A stretch of DNA of 64,000 nt, from contig CATNEN010000029.1 of the NCBI GenBank assembly GCA_950097015.1, positions 3,472,001 to 3,536,000 of the forward strand. The letters are read 5' to 3'. A program made the translations under genes and the position numbers. The notes beneath the pieces were generated by a model. It saw only the letters and a program-made list of their open reading frames with translations. It was not told where the DNA came from and ran no database searches. Below are positions 62,665 to 64,000 of this stretch, piece after piece. The first letter of the stretch is position 1. Each line of letters starts with the position of its first letter. Source of the DNA: Macrostomum hystrix (Eukaryota; Animalia; Platyhelminthes).

Positions 62665-64000
62665 GCACTGCCAGCAGAACTTGACTCTGGCTTGGGACAT
62701 TGCATCCACTCCGATGCCTATAAAGTCTTTGTTGGCAATTCTAGGCTGGCTTTCTTAGCAGGGATTCGCCTATGATCGATAACTTGAAATTCCCAGCACG
62801 TTTGCTAGTCAAAAGCAATACAGCCTCTATTCTTACAGTCTTCTTAGTTTAGTCAAAAAGAATAACAAGAAAAGTTGGTTTGCGTTTCCATGGCGAATTG
62901 TTCTGATTTACGACGCTTGTTGTCGCTTTTCGTCGCTTGTGGTCGTTCGAGATGACATTGTCAGTTTATACATGTATAATATCAGTTTCTCTACTGTATT
63001 CTTTTGAGGATTGTCGGAGACTCAGCGAAGGATTGGTGAGGGAGTCGGTCTGGGTCTCTGTGTTGTTGTAGTTTAATGCCTTTATTTACCGCACCTGTTG
63101 TGTTTTTAGTTTCTCCTGTCCGATTTTTCTATTTCGCTTTCATAGAATTGATAGAAATCAAATTTTATCTGGCGCAATTTTGAACAATTCTGTGGTCCTG
63201 GTCCCTGGAGAAGTTTTTTGTCTCTACATGAGATTGTTTGAGTAGGATTCATTCTGCTATTATCTGCGACTCATTGTGTGCAATAAGACATTGTTGTCAT
63301 CCTCTATTTTATTTCCTATTGTTTGGCTTTATATGTTTGGTTTTCCATTGTTGTTTTAACTTATTAGTCCGAGCGCTTTAGTCTGCTCTGCTGCGAGTAC
63401 AAGCTTTGAATCACAGCAAACGCTTAGTGCAATGTACTTTATCTTTAATGCACCGTACATAATAGGTTCTAGACGAGCCTCATTTTGATTTATACCGCAT
63501 CCTTGGGGACTTCTATTATCAATTGAATTGGTTTTATTTCTGAAACTCCTGACTACAATACTTTGCTTCTGAAATGCAACAGCGTTTCTGTCGTGGAAAC
63601 GAAAGGGTTTTTTAATTTCTGTATTTGTAATAACTGGATACTGAGCATTGTGAATTGCTTCTTCGTTTTATTTAGCTTTTTAACTTGTTTAGCTAGCAAA
63701 GAAATCCTCTCTTTTTCATGCACTTATTATCGAACATTTTATTTTATTTATTATCGAGGCACTATTTTTGTTGACTTTCGTTTCCATTATCTATTTATTT
63801 ATGTTCAGTTTTTGGCGTAGATTCAGAATTCATTGTTGAATGTCGTCAAGAATATTGTTGTCTACTTAATACACAAACTTATTTCGAGGAAATCTTTCTG
63901 AAACTTTCAAGCCTCAGTCTAGTTTTTTAAACACAACAAACTCCTTCGTCGTTTTGAAGAAGACAGAATATAAATTAAACAAGTATATACCCATACATTT

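Noticed and set aside
62900-64000. Possible retroelement remnant downstream of CDS
   Set aside because: No motif could be recognised in any frame.

Overview
Eukaryotic (animal) genomic DNA, not prokaryotic. It has spliced genes with GT-AG introns that are filled with private minisatellites, SINEs and transposons. The style resembles the flatworm Macrostomum lignano, but that is an inference only. Six host genes can be reconstructed: RhoGDI (+), TMEM41A-like (+), Nemo-like kinase (-), a PTB-like domain protein (-), an uncharacterised protein (-) and phosphatidate cytidylyltransferase CDS (+). Mobile elements are two full-length LOA/I-group-like non-LTR retrotransposons with target-site duplications (TSDs), a deleted Ty3/gypsy relic, an internally deleted P-type DNA transposon, a hAT-like MITE and two tRNA-derived SINE families. 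The top observation is that both LINE copies begin exactly at G1 of a foldable HDV-like (CPEB3-like) self-cleaving ribozyme. This 5' module differs at only 8 of 233 nt between two copies whose proteins are far more diverged, and it is followed by a variable number of 97-nt monomers. Several minisatellites appear to be seeded from local sequence (SINE head, SINE tail, a stop codon). All exon models, alignments and RNA folds were made by eye; array boundaries are approximate. Most long ORFs in the supplied track are repeat artefacts.
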